From: an uncultured delta proteobacterium
GTDB lineage: Bacteria; Desulfobacterota; RBG-13-43-22
DNA length: 64,000 bases
Reading direction: 5' to 3'
Assembly (NCBI GenBank): GCA_963843145.1
Contig: CAWJJC010000003.1
Location: 64,001 to 128,000 of the forward strand
Below, one piece after another: positions 55,840 to 64,000 of this stretch. The notes below the pieces were generated by a model, which had not been told where the DNA came from, did no database searches, and saw only the letters and a list, made by a program, of their open reading frames with translations. The position numbers and the translations under genes were made by a program. The stretch's first letter is position 1. Each line of letters starts with the position of its first letter.

Positions 55840-57039
55840 ATGGCCAAGAAGAAATTTGAACGGACGAAGCCGCATGTGAATGTGGGGACGATCGGGCATA
55901 TTGATCATGGGAAGACGACCTTGACGGCGGCGATCACGCTTTGTTTATCGAAGACCGGGTTTGCGAATTACATACCCTTTGACGAGATCGACAAGGCGCC
56001 GGAGGAGAAGGAGCGGGGCATTACGATCGCCACGGCCCACGTGGAGTACGAGACCAAGAAGCGGCATTATGCGCACGTGGACTGTCCGGGGCACGCGGAC
56101 TATATCAAGAACATGATCACCGGGGCGGCGCAGATGGACGGGGCGATTCTGGTGGTGGGGGCGGATGACGGGCCGATGCCGCAGACGCGGGAGCATATTT
56201 TATTGGGACGCCAGGTGGGCGTGCCGTACATTGTGGTTTTTTTGAACAAGGTGGACATGGTGGATGATCCGGAGTTGATTGAGCTGGTGGAGCTGGAACT
56301 GCGGGAACTCTTGAGCAAGTATGAGTATCCGGGGGACGATATCCCGATCATCAAGGGATCGGCGCTGAAAGCGCTGGAGTGCGGCTGCGGGAAAGGGGAC
56401 TGTCCCAGTTGCCAGCCCATCCTGGAGCTGATGGAGGCGATCGACAATTATGTACCGGAGCCGGTGCGGGATATTGAGAAGCCGTTTTTGATGCCGGTGG
56501 AGGACGTGTTCAGCATTTCGGGCCGGGGGACGGTAGTCACGGGCCGGGTGGAACGCGGGATGATCAAGGTCGGTGAGGAAGTGGAGATCGTGGGGATTCG
56601 GCCGACGGTGAAGACGATCTGTACCGGGGTGGAGATGTTTCGGAAGACCTTGGATCAGGGCCAGGCGGGAGACAACGTGGGGTTGCTGCTGCGGGGGACC
56701 AAGCGGGACGATGTGGAGCGGGGTCAGGTGGTAGCCAAGACGGGATCGATCACGCCGCACACCAAGTTCAAGGCGGAGTCGTACATTCTGTCGAAGGAGG
56801 AAGGCGGGCGGCACACGCCGTTTTTCAACGGCTACCGGCCGCAGTTTTATTTTCGGACCACCGACGTGACGGGGGTGGTGACCCTGCCGGAAGGGGTGGA
56901 GATGGTGATGCCGGGAGACAACGTCTCGATGACGGTGTCCTTGATCATGCCCATTGCCATGGAGAAGGAACTCCGCTTTGCCATTCGTGAGGGAGGTCGG
57001 ACCGTAGGCGCCGGCGTGATCTCCGAAATCTTGGAATAA
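55840..57039 (+). CDS. tuf: Elongation factor Tu
   Basis: [32 protein letters not shown]. Confidence 0.99.
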   Translation: MAKKKFERTKPHVNVGTIGHIDHGKTTLTAAITLCLSKTGFANYIPFDEIDKAPEEKERGITIATAHVEYETKKRHYAHVDCPGHADYIKNMITGAAQMDGAILVVGADDGPMPQTREHILLGRQVGVPYIVVFLNKVDMVDDPELIELVELELRELLSKYEYPGDDIPIIKGSALKALECGCGKGDCPSCQPILELMEAIDNYVPEPVRDIEKPFLMPVEDVFSISGRGTVVTGRVERGMIKVGEEVEIVGIRPTVKTICTGVEMFRKTLDQGQAGDNVGLLLRGTKRDDVERGQVVAKTGSITPHTKFKAESYILSKEEGGRHTPFFNGYRPQFYFRTTDVTGVVTLPEGVEMVMPGDNVSMTVSLIMPIAMEKELRFAIREGGRTVGAGVISEILE

Positions 57040-57087
57040 CAGCCAGGTCGAGAAGGAATCCTCGCCTGTCGGGATCAGGGAACGAAT

Positions 57088-57237
57088 ATGCGCGATATTA
57101 TTAATTTATCTTGTACGACCTGTAAGCAGAAGAATTATACCACCACCAAAAACAAGCGGAAGACCCCGGATAAGTTGGAATTAAAAAAGTATTGCCGCTT
57201 CTGTCAGACCCACACGGTCCACAAGGAAACCAAATAA
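57088..57237 (+). CDS. rpmG: 50S ribosomal protein L33, zinc-ribbon type (not in ORF track)
   Basis: [49 protein letters not shown]. Confidence 0.97.
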   Translation: MRDIINLSCTTCKQKNYTTTKNKRKTPDKLELKKYCRFCQTHTVHKETK

Positions 57238-57270
57238 CGAACCGATCGTTATTCACCGGAGTTAATCCGC

Positions 57271-57347
57271 AGGCCAGTAGCTCCAACGGTTAGAGCACCG
57301 GACTCCAAATCCGGGTGTTGGGGGTTCGAATCCCTCCTGGCCTGCCA
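57271..57347 (+). tRNA. tRNA-Trp(CCA)
   Basis: AGGCCAG acceptor, CCGGA-CTCCAAA-TCCGG, CCA; canonical position before secE. Confidence 0.96.
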
Positions 57348-57380
57348 AATTTGTTCAAAGGGACTGGGAACCCGGGGGAG

Positions 57381-57755
57381 ATGAAGAAACTAAAACCGAA
57401 AAAAAAGAGCGGGGCGGGCGAAATTGACAAAACGGTCGAGGAAAAACCAACCAGAGACCCCCAATCCGCTATGGCTCCTAAGGAAACTAAGGTCAGCCTG
57501 AGAAAACCCCCCTCGGACGAAGCCGTCTCCGAGGGGCTGGTTGCCGGGTGGACCAAAAAACTACAATTTATTGAGCCGACCAAGACTTTTTTCCGGGAAG
57601 TTCGGATGGAGCTGAAAAAGGTCACCTGGCCGACCCGCAAAGAGACCTTGGCCGCCACCGCCATGGTCATTATTCTTTCGGTGATCGTAGCCTTTTTCTT
57701 GGGGATACTGGATGTGGCCTTAGCCAAATTGGTTGGTTCCATTATGGGGCGCTGA
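57381..57755 (+). CDS. secE: Preprotein translocase SecE
   Basis: FFREVRMELKKVTWPTRKET plus TM helix; charged N-terminal extension, start uncertain. Confidence 0.93.
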   Translation: MKKLKPKKKSGAGEIDKTVEEKPTRDPQSAMAPKETKVSLRKPPSDEAVSEGLVAGWTKKLQFIEPTKTFFREVRMELKKVTWPTRKETLAATAMVIILSVIVAFFLGILDVALAKLVGSIMGR

Positions 57756-57827
57756 ACGGTTCCTTTCAGAGGAGCGGCGGCGTAAGGATTTATCGGTTTA
57801 CCCAGGAAGGGGTAACGGGGTTGGGCC

Positions 57828-58358
57828 ATGGCGCATAAATGGTATATCGTACACACCTATTCGGGATTTGAACTTAAGGTCAAATTGGCCTTGGAGGAGC
57901 AAGTAAAATCCCAGGGCCTGGAAGCTCTTTTTTCGCAAGTCTTGGTTCCAACGGAACAAGTAGTGGAACTGGTCAAGGGCGAGCGAAAGACCTCCTCCCG
58001 CAAGTTTTATCCTGGGTATGTGCTGATTAAAATGGAGTTGAATGACGATACCTGGCACTTGGTTAAAGATACCCCCAAGGTGACCGGGTTTATCGGCGAA
58101 AAGAACAAGCCGGCTATTATACCGGACGAGGAAGCCGAAAAGGTCATTGAACAAATGGCCGAAGGGGCGATCCGTCCGAAACCCAAGTTTTACTTTGAGG
58201 AGGGGGATGAAGTTCAGGTGATCGATGGCCCTTTCTCCAATTTTAACGGGGTAGTGGATGAGGTCAAACCGGATAAGTGCAAGCTGAAAGTACTGATCAG
58301 TATTTTTGGTCGCTCTACGCCGGTGGAATTGGATTTTGTCCAGGTGGCCAAGTCATAG
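57828..58358 (+). CDS. nusG: Transcription factor NusG
   Basis: WYIVHTYSG, KFYPGYV, DGPF, IFGRSTPVELDF. Confidence 0.98.
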   Translation: MAHKWYIVHTYSGFELKVKLALEEQVKSQGLEALFSQVLVPTEQVVELVKGERKTSSRKFYPGYVLIKMELNDDTWHLVKDTPKVTGFIGEKNKPAIIPDEEAEKVIEQMAEGAIRPKPKFYFEEGDEVQVIDGPFSNFNGVVDEVKPDKCKLKVLISIFGRSTPVELDFVQVAKS

Positions 58359-58503
58359 TCGGCGGCCCATAAAGGTCCCCGGTTTGGTCGGATCGAGATA
58401 AGCAAACGGCCGATCACCGGAAAGTGTTGAATAACCCCTTGGCCATTCATAAGAATGGCCTTCCGTAGGGGAAAGGCATTTAAGACGAAGGAGAACCGTT
58501 GAA

Positions 58504-58926
58504 ATGGCTAAGAAAATCATTGCCTATATAAAACTGCAGGTGCCGGCGGGACAGGCGAATCCTTCTCCCCCCATTGGACCGGCGCTAGGCCAGCACGGCG
58601 TCAATATCATGGAGTTCTGCAAGGCCTTCAATGCCCGCACTCAGGGCCAGGAAGGGATGATCATCCCCGTGGTTTTGACTGTTTTTGCCGACCGTTCCTT
58701 CACTTTTATAACCAAAACCCCGCCGGCCTCGGTGCTTTTGAAAAAAGCGGCCCAGATTGCTAAAGGATCCAGTGTGCCGAATCGGGATAAGGTGGGACGG
58801 GTTTCACCGGCCCAGGTGGAAGAGATCGCCAAGTTAAAAATGCCGGATTTAAATGCCGCCAGTTTAAACGCTGCGATTAAGATCATCGAAGGCACGGCGC
58901 GCAGCATGGGCATTGACATCGGCTGA
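58504..58926 (+). CDS. rplK: 50S ribosomal protein L11
   Basis: [26 protein letters not shown]. Confidence 0.99.
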   Translation: MAKKIIAYIKLQVPAGQANPSPPIGPALGQHGVNIMEFCKAFNARTQGQEGMIIPVVLTVFADRSFTFITKTPPASVLLKKAAQIAKGSSVPNRDKVGRVSPAQVEEIAKLKMPDLNAASLNAAIKIIEGTARSMGIDIG

Positions 58927-58960
58927 GTTAACTATCAGGAAAAGAGGTAGGAAATACGCT

Positions 58961-59665
58961 ATGCCAAAGAATGGGAAGAACTATAATCAGGCTCGTGAGC
59001 AAGTGGATCGGACCAAGCGCTATCCCTTGGAAGAAGCGGTTCAATTGGCCGTTAAAGCCTCCTATGTCAAATTTGACGAGACGGTGGATATGGCGGTCCG
59101 ATTGGGGGTGGACCCTAGGCATGCCGACCAGATGGTTCGGGGGGCCGTTGTCCTCCCCAACGGCACCGGAAAAACCACCCGGGTGTTGGTTTTTGCCAAA
59201 GGGGAAAAAGAAAAAGAGGCCTTGGATTCAGGTGCCGACGTGGCGGGATCGGAAGAATTGATTGAAAAGATCAAAGGCGGCTGGCTGGAATTCGATAAGG
59301 CCGTCGCTACTCCCGACCTGATGGGCCAGGTGGGAAAAATCGGAAAAATTTTAGGGCCCCGGGGGCTGATGCCTAACGCCAAGACCGGCACCGTAACCTT
59401 TGACGTGGCCAAAGCCATTCGGGAGATCAAGGCCGGTAAAATCGAATTTCGCGTGGAAAAAAACGGCATCGTCCATGCCCCGATGGGACGGGTTTCCTTC
59501 GGGCTGGATAAATTGATCCCCAATATTTTATCTTTTTTCGACACTATTCTGCGTCTTAAACCATCCAGTGCCAAAGGAACGTATCTCAAAAGCATAACTA
59601 TTTCGACTACCATGGGTCCAGGAATCAAAATCGACCCTTCTTTTATCAAAGAAATCGGGAAGTAG
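58961..59665 (+). CDS. rplA: 50S ribosomal protein L1
   Basis: [23 protein letters not shown]. Confidence 0.99.
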   Translation: MPKNGKNYNQAREQVDRTKRYPLEEAVQLAVKASYVKFDETVDMAVRLGVDPRHADQMVRGAVVLPNGTGKTTRVLVFAKGEKEKEALDSGADVAGSEELIEKIKGGWLEFDKAVATPDLMGQVGKIGKILGPRGLMPNAKTGTVTFDVAKAIREIKAGKIEFRVEKNGIVHAPMGRVSFGLDKLIPNILSFFDTILRLKPSSAKGTYLKSITISTTMGPGIKIDPSFIKEIGK

Positions 59666-59823
59666 CCCAACCGGTCCCTTTTGAACCCCTGGAGAGATTT
59701 ATTCTTGACCGGGGGGCGACGTGAAAAAGAGACTTTCGGGCCTTCTTCTGGAACTGGAAGGCCCGGCGAACCGATCGATTTGTTCCCTGGATATTAATGA
59801 TCAACCAAAGCCAACCGTTCCAC

Positions 59824-59883
59824 GAGTTAAAGACCGTAGGTGCCTGCCAGGCTTTAAATGATTTTTTCAGCCTACCGAGACTC
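59824..59883 (+). promoter_or_regulatory. L10 leader (rplJ autoregulatory RNA)
   Basis: aagaccgtagg...ttaa...cctaccgag motif upstream of rplJ. Confidence 0.75.
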
Positions 59884-59964
59884 GGATATTCCGACTGAAC
59901 TCAGCTGTCGGCCCCACGGATTTGACCGCCGAAGAACGAATGGTAAGAAAGGAGGGGTGCATTC

Positions 59965-60486
59965 TTGAAAAAGACGGATAAGGAAAAGATCGTGGTCGAT
60001 CTTCGCCAACGTCTGACCAGATCTCAGGCCGTTTTTGTTACCGATTTTACAGGGTTGAATGTCGAATCGATCAACAAATTGCGCCGGGATCTGAAGCAGC
60101 GGGGAGATGAATACCAGGTCGTGAAGAAAACCCTGCTGCGGCGGGCCTCTCAGGAGACCCCGGTCTCGGCGATCGAGGACATTCTGGTGGGTCCCTGCGG
60201 GATTACCATCAGTTATGGGGATCCGGTGGCTTCGGCCAAACTGCTGGCGGACTTCGCCAAGGACCGGGATAAATTTGCCTTTAAGGGCGGGGTTCTTCAG
60301 GGAAGGCCGATTTCGGCAGAGGACGTAGGTCAACTGGCCAAGATGCCGTCCCGGGAAATTCTCCTGGGGCAGTTGTTGTCCGCGTTGGTGGCCGTGCCTA
60401 CCGGATTGGTTTCTACCCTGTCCGCTATCATTCAGAAATTTTTACTAACCTTGAAGGCCGTGGAAGACCAAAAAGCCCAGGCTTAA
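59965..60486 (+). CDS. rplJ: 50S ribosomal protein L10
   Basis: DFTGLNV..LRR..VVKKTL, LAKMPSREILL; AAGGAGG plus TTG. Confidence 0.97.
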   Translation: MKKTDKEKIVVDLRQRLTRSQAVFVTDFTGLNVESINKLRRDLKQRGDEYQVVKKTLLRRASQETPVSAIEDILVGPCGITISYGDPVASAKLLADFAKDRDKFAFKGGVLQGRPISAEDVGQLAKMPSREILLGQLLSALVAVPTGLVSTLSAIIQKFLLTLKAVEDQKAQA

Positions 60487-60513
60487 GATCAATTATCAGG
60501 AGGAAGATTAACG

Positions 60514-60903
60514 ATGGCTGAGAAAATCACTAAAGCAGAGGTAATCGAGTTCATTTCCAATATGACCGTCTTGGAGCTTTCCGAATTGGTCAAGGAGTTA
60601 GAAGATACCTTCGGCGTTAAGGCCTCGGCCCCGGTCATGGCCATGGCCGGCCCGATGCCGGGGGCCGGAGAAGCTGTGGTGCAGGAAGAGCAAACCGAAT
60701 TCGCCGTTATCCTGACCGGAGTGGGAGACAAAAAGATCCAAGTGATCAAGGAGGTCCGGGCCATTACGAATTTAGGGCTGAAGGAGGCCAAGGACGCCGT
60801 CGAGACTCTGCCCAGCACCATTAAGGAAGGCATCCCGAAAGAGGAAGCGGAAAATGTAAAAAAGCAGTTGGAAGCCGCTGGGGCCGCCGTGGAAATTAAG
60901 TAG
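60514..60903 (+). CDS. rplL: 50S ribosomal protein L7/L12
   Basis: [21 protein letters not shown]. Confidence 0.99.
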   Translation: MAEKITKAEVIEFISNMTVLELSELVKELEDTFGVKASAPVMAMAGPMPGAGEAVVQEEQTEFAVILTGVGDKKIQVIKEVRAITNLGLKEAKDAVETLPSTIKEGIPKEEAENVKKQLEAAGAAVEIK

Positions 60904-60965
60904 CTTGGCGGCTGATCGAGGCGGGCACCCGCTGCAACAAATGCTTGTCATGTAAAGGAGACGGG

Positions 60966-63900
60966 ATGAAAGATCGTTCTTTCCTCAACGTTCGGTTTCG
61001 AAAGAATTTCGGACACATCGAAAAGATTATCGATATTCCCAATTTGATGGACATGCAGAAGCAATCCTACGAACGTTTTCTGCAATACCATAGGGATCCC
61101 GATCAACGGGAAAATACCGGCCTGCAAGGGGTCTTTAAAAGCGTTTTTCCCATTCGGGATTTTAGCGGGTTATCTTCTCTGGAGTTTGTTCGATACAGTT
61201 TCGGTGAGGTAAAATACGATGAGGCGGAATGCCTGCAAAGGGGCATGACGTATGACGTGCCGATGAAAATCACCGTCCGCCTCATCGTTAACGATCTGGA
61301 CAAAGATACCGGGAGCCAAACGATTCGGGACATCAAGGAACAGGATATTTATTTCGGGACGATTCCCTTGATGACCGATAAGGGAACGTTCATCGTCAAC
61401 GGCACCGAGCGGGTAGTGGTCAGTCAGTTGCATCGGTCGCCGGGGGTGTTCTTTGCCCATGATAAGGGGAAGACCCACAGCAGTGGCCGCCTTTTATATT
61501 CAGCGCGGGTCATTCCTTTGCGCGGCTCCTGGATTGATCTGGAGTTTGATCCGAAAAATATCCTTTTTGTCCGCATCGACCGACGGAGGAAATTTCCGGT
61601 AACCATCCTGTTGAAGGCTTTAGGGTATTCCAATCAGGAGTTACTGAATTATTTTTACGAACGGGAGCGGATCACCCTGGAGGATGGGAAAATACGCCGG
61701 GAAGTCAATCCGGATTTCCTTTTGGGTAAAAAGGCCCCCCGGGACATTGTGAATCCCCTGACGGGAGAAGTGATCGTCCGCAAAAATCGAAAGATCAATA
61801 AGCGGATTATCAAATTGCTTCAGGACGCGGAAATCCGGTCGTTGCCGGCCAGGGCCGAAGACCTTGAGGGGTATTTCCTGGCGCAGGAAGTGGTGGATCC
61901 CGAGACCGGAGAGATCCTGATCGAAAGCAACGAGGAATTGACCCGGGAGAAACTAAACCTTCTGCTGCAAAAGAAGACGCCTTTTGTGGATTTGCTGTTT
62001 ATCGATGGGGTCAATGTCAGTTCTTCTCTGCGGGATACCTTGATTATGGATAAGGTGCCGGGCAGCGAAGAGGCCATCCTGGAGATCTATAAGAAGTTGC
62101 GCCCCAGCAACCCGCCAACCCTGGAAGTGGCCACCAACTTTTTTTACAACCTGTTTTTCAATCCGGACAACTACGATCTCTCGTCGGTGGGTCGGCTCAA
62201 GCTGAATCACCGCCTAGGCCTGGAGGTTCCCCTGGAGGATCGGACCCTGCGCAAAGAGGATATCCTGCTGACGGTGAAGAAGCTGATTGAGCTGAAGGAT
62301 ACCAACGGCGCGGTGGACGATATCGATCATTTGGGCAATCGCCGGGTCCGGGCCGTCGGCGAACTTTTGGAAAACCAGTATCGAATAGGGCTGGTGCGGA
62401 TGGAACGGGCCATCAAGGAGCGAATGACCCTGCAGGAGATCGAGACCCTGATGCCCCATGACCTGATCAATCCCAAACCGGTGGCCGCCGTGGTGAAGGA
62501 ATTTTTCGGGACCAGCCAGCTTTCTCAATTCATGGACCAGACCAATCCGCTCTCCGAAATCACCCACAAGAGGCGGTTGAGCGCTTTGGGTCCGGGCGGG
62601 CTTACCCGGGAGCGGGCCGGGTTTGAGGTGCGGGACGTGCATCCCACCCATTACGGGCGGATCTGTCCGATTGAAACACCCGAAGGCCCCAATATCGGCC
62701 TCATTGTTTCCCTGAGTACCTATGCCCGGGTAAATGAATTCGGTTTTATCGAAACCCCTTACCGGGTGGTCGAAGAGGGTACGGCTACTCAGGAAGTGAG
62801 ATTTTTAAGCGCGCTGGATGAGCAAGGGTTTAATATCGCTCAGGCCAATATCCCTTTGGACCGGGCCGGGCGTCTGGTCGATTCCATGGTTTCGGCCAGA
62901 AAGGACGGGGAATTTGTGATGGTCAATCGGGAGGAAGAGGGCATTGACCTCATGGACGTTTCTCCCAACCAGTTGGTCAGCGTGGCCGCCTCTCTGATCC
63001 CTTTCTTGGAAAATGACGACGCCAACCGGGCTTTGATGGGTTCCAATATGCAGCGGCAGGCCGTCCCGTTGCTCTCCTGTCGCGCCCCGATCATCGGTAC
63101 CGGGATCGAAGAGGTGGTGGCCCGGGATTCCGGGGTAACCGTGGTAGCCAAAAATAATGGCGTGGTGGAAGACGTGGACGCCGACCGGATTGTGGTTCGG
63201 TATATCACGGAGGAAACGAAAGCCCGTCCTTTGGGGGCCGGGGTGGAACTGTACAAATTAAATAAATTTCAGCGGTCCAACCAGAATACCTGTTTCAGTC
63301 AAAAACCGATCGTGCGTAAAGGGGACCCGATTCAAAAAGGACAGGTTATCGCCGATGGTCCCTCCACCGAGAAAGGAGAGTTGGCCTTAGGGCGTAACGT
63401 GTTGGTGGCCTTCATGTCCTGGGGCGGTTATAATTTTGAAGACTCCATCCTGGTGGGGGAGCATCTGGTTAAGGACGATGTTTTCACCTCGATTCATATC
63501 GAAGAATTCGAACTGGTGGCCCGGGATACCAAACTGGGCCGGGAGGAAATCACCCGGGATATTCCCAACCTGGGGGATGAGTCCTTAAAAAATTTGGACG
63601 AAAGCGGCATCATTCGCATCGGAGCGGAAGTGAAAGCCGGCGATATTTTGGTCGGGAAGGTTACCCCGAAAGGAGAAACCCAACTTTCCCCGGAGGAGAA
63701 ACTGCTCCGGGCGATCTTCGGAGAAAAGGCCGGGGACGTGAAGGACTCTTCCCTCCGGGTTCCGCCGGGGATCGAGGGCGTCGTTATCGAAGCCAAGGTT
63801 TTTTCCCGTAAAGGGGTGGAGCGGGATGCCCGGTCCAAGGCCATTGAAGAGGAAGAAGTGGCCCGGATCATGAAGGATCAAAACGACGAGATTCAGATTT

Positions 63901-64000
63901 TACATCGGGAGGCGCTGCAGCGCTTGAAGGCCTTGGTGGCCGGAAAAATATCGAGCAATACCATCAAAGAAGATCGCAGCGAAAAGGTCCTGATCGCCCG
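60966..64000 (+). CDS. rpoB: RNA polymerase beta subunit, 3' truncated by window edge (not in ORF track)
   Basis: [67 protein letters not shown]. Confidence 0.99.
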   Translation, partial: MKDRSFLNVRFRKNFGHIEKIIDIPNLMDMQKQSYERFLQYHRDPDQRENTGLQGVFKSVFPIRDFSGLSSLEFVRYSFGEVKYDEAECLQRGMTYDVPMKITVRLIVNDLDKDTGSQTIRDIKEQDIYFGTIPLMTDKGTFIVNGTERVVVSQLHRSPGVFFAHDKGKTHSSGRLLYSARVIPLRGSWIDLEFDPKNILFVRIDRRRKFPVTILLKALGYSNQELLNYFYERERITLEDGKIRREVNPDFLLGKKAPRDIVNPLTGEVIVRKNRKINKRIIKLLQDAEIRSLPARAEDLEGYFLAQEVVDPETGEILIESNEELTREKLNLLLQKKTPFVDLLFIDGVNVSSSLRDTLIMDKVPGSEEAILEIYKKLRPSNPPTLEVATNFFYNLFFNPDNYDLSSVGRLKLNHRLGLEVPLEDRTLRKEDILLTVKKLIELKDTNGAVDDIDHLGNRRVRAVGELLENQYRIGLVRMERAIKERMTLQEIETLMPHDLINPKPVAAVVKEFFGTSQLSQFMDQTNPLSEITHKRRLSALGPGGLTRERAGFEVRDVHPTHYGRICPIETPEGPNIGLIVSLSTYARVNEFGFIETPYRVVEEGTATQEVRFLSALDEQGFNIAQANIPLDRAGRLVDSMVSARKDGEFVMVNREEEGIDLMDVSPNQLVSVAASLIPFLENDDANRALMGSNMQRQAVPLLSCRAPIIGTGIEEVVARDSGVTVVAKNNGVVEDVDADRIVVRYITEETKARPLGAGVELYKLNKFQRSNQNTCFSQKPIVRKGDPIQKGQVIADGPSTEKGELALGRNVLVAFMSWGGYNFEDSILVGEHLVKDDVFTSIHIEEFELVARDTKLGREEITRDIPNLGDESLKNLDESGIIRIGAEVKAGDILVGKVTPKGETQLSPEEKLLRAIFGEKAGDVKDSSLRVPPGIEGVVIEAKVFSRKGVERDARSKAIEEEEVARIMKDQNDEIQILHREALQRLKALVAGKISSNTIKEDRSEKVLIA

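Noticed and set aside
57315-57380. secE start at 57315 from the ORF track
   Set aside because: It overlaps tRNA-Trp; the ATG at 57381 follows a GGGGGAG tract and is the first start clear of the tRNA.

Overview
Core-chromosome segment of a sulfate/sulfite-reducing bacterium, probably Desulfobacterota (Deltaproteobacteria); the lineage is inferred from gene content. In order, the window holds: a liv-type ABC transporter, rarA and pgi; a histidine kinase plus sigma54 activator followed by a candidate sigma54-dependent small RNA; a YcaO-TPR/YkgJ/TPR/hypothetical block directly upstream of a complete reductive dsrABDNCTMKJOP cluster; a second liv-type transporter with pxpBC; a NifX/NifU/FmdB trio; yebC-ruvCAB and an orphan ParA; a TetR-headed acyl-CoA degradation operon with unusual multidomain fusions; a decayed pilV/four-helix-bundle spot and a hybrid kinase; and the Thr-Tyr-Gly-Thr tRNA/tuf/rpmG/tRNA-Trp/secE/nusG/rplKAJL/rpoB cluster. 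Intergenic DNA carries several repeat families: 7-nt-periodic arrays (some inverted, one pair bracketing a four-helix-bundle gene), a ~76-bp dispersed repeat with a perfect 32-bp inverted pair, and GTCATTGCGAG palindromes. Four apparent +1 frameshifts, each at a doubled base, look like read or assembly errors. No transposase, integrase, phage gene or CRISPR array was seen. All calls come from reading the sequence by eye; no searches were run.
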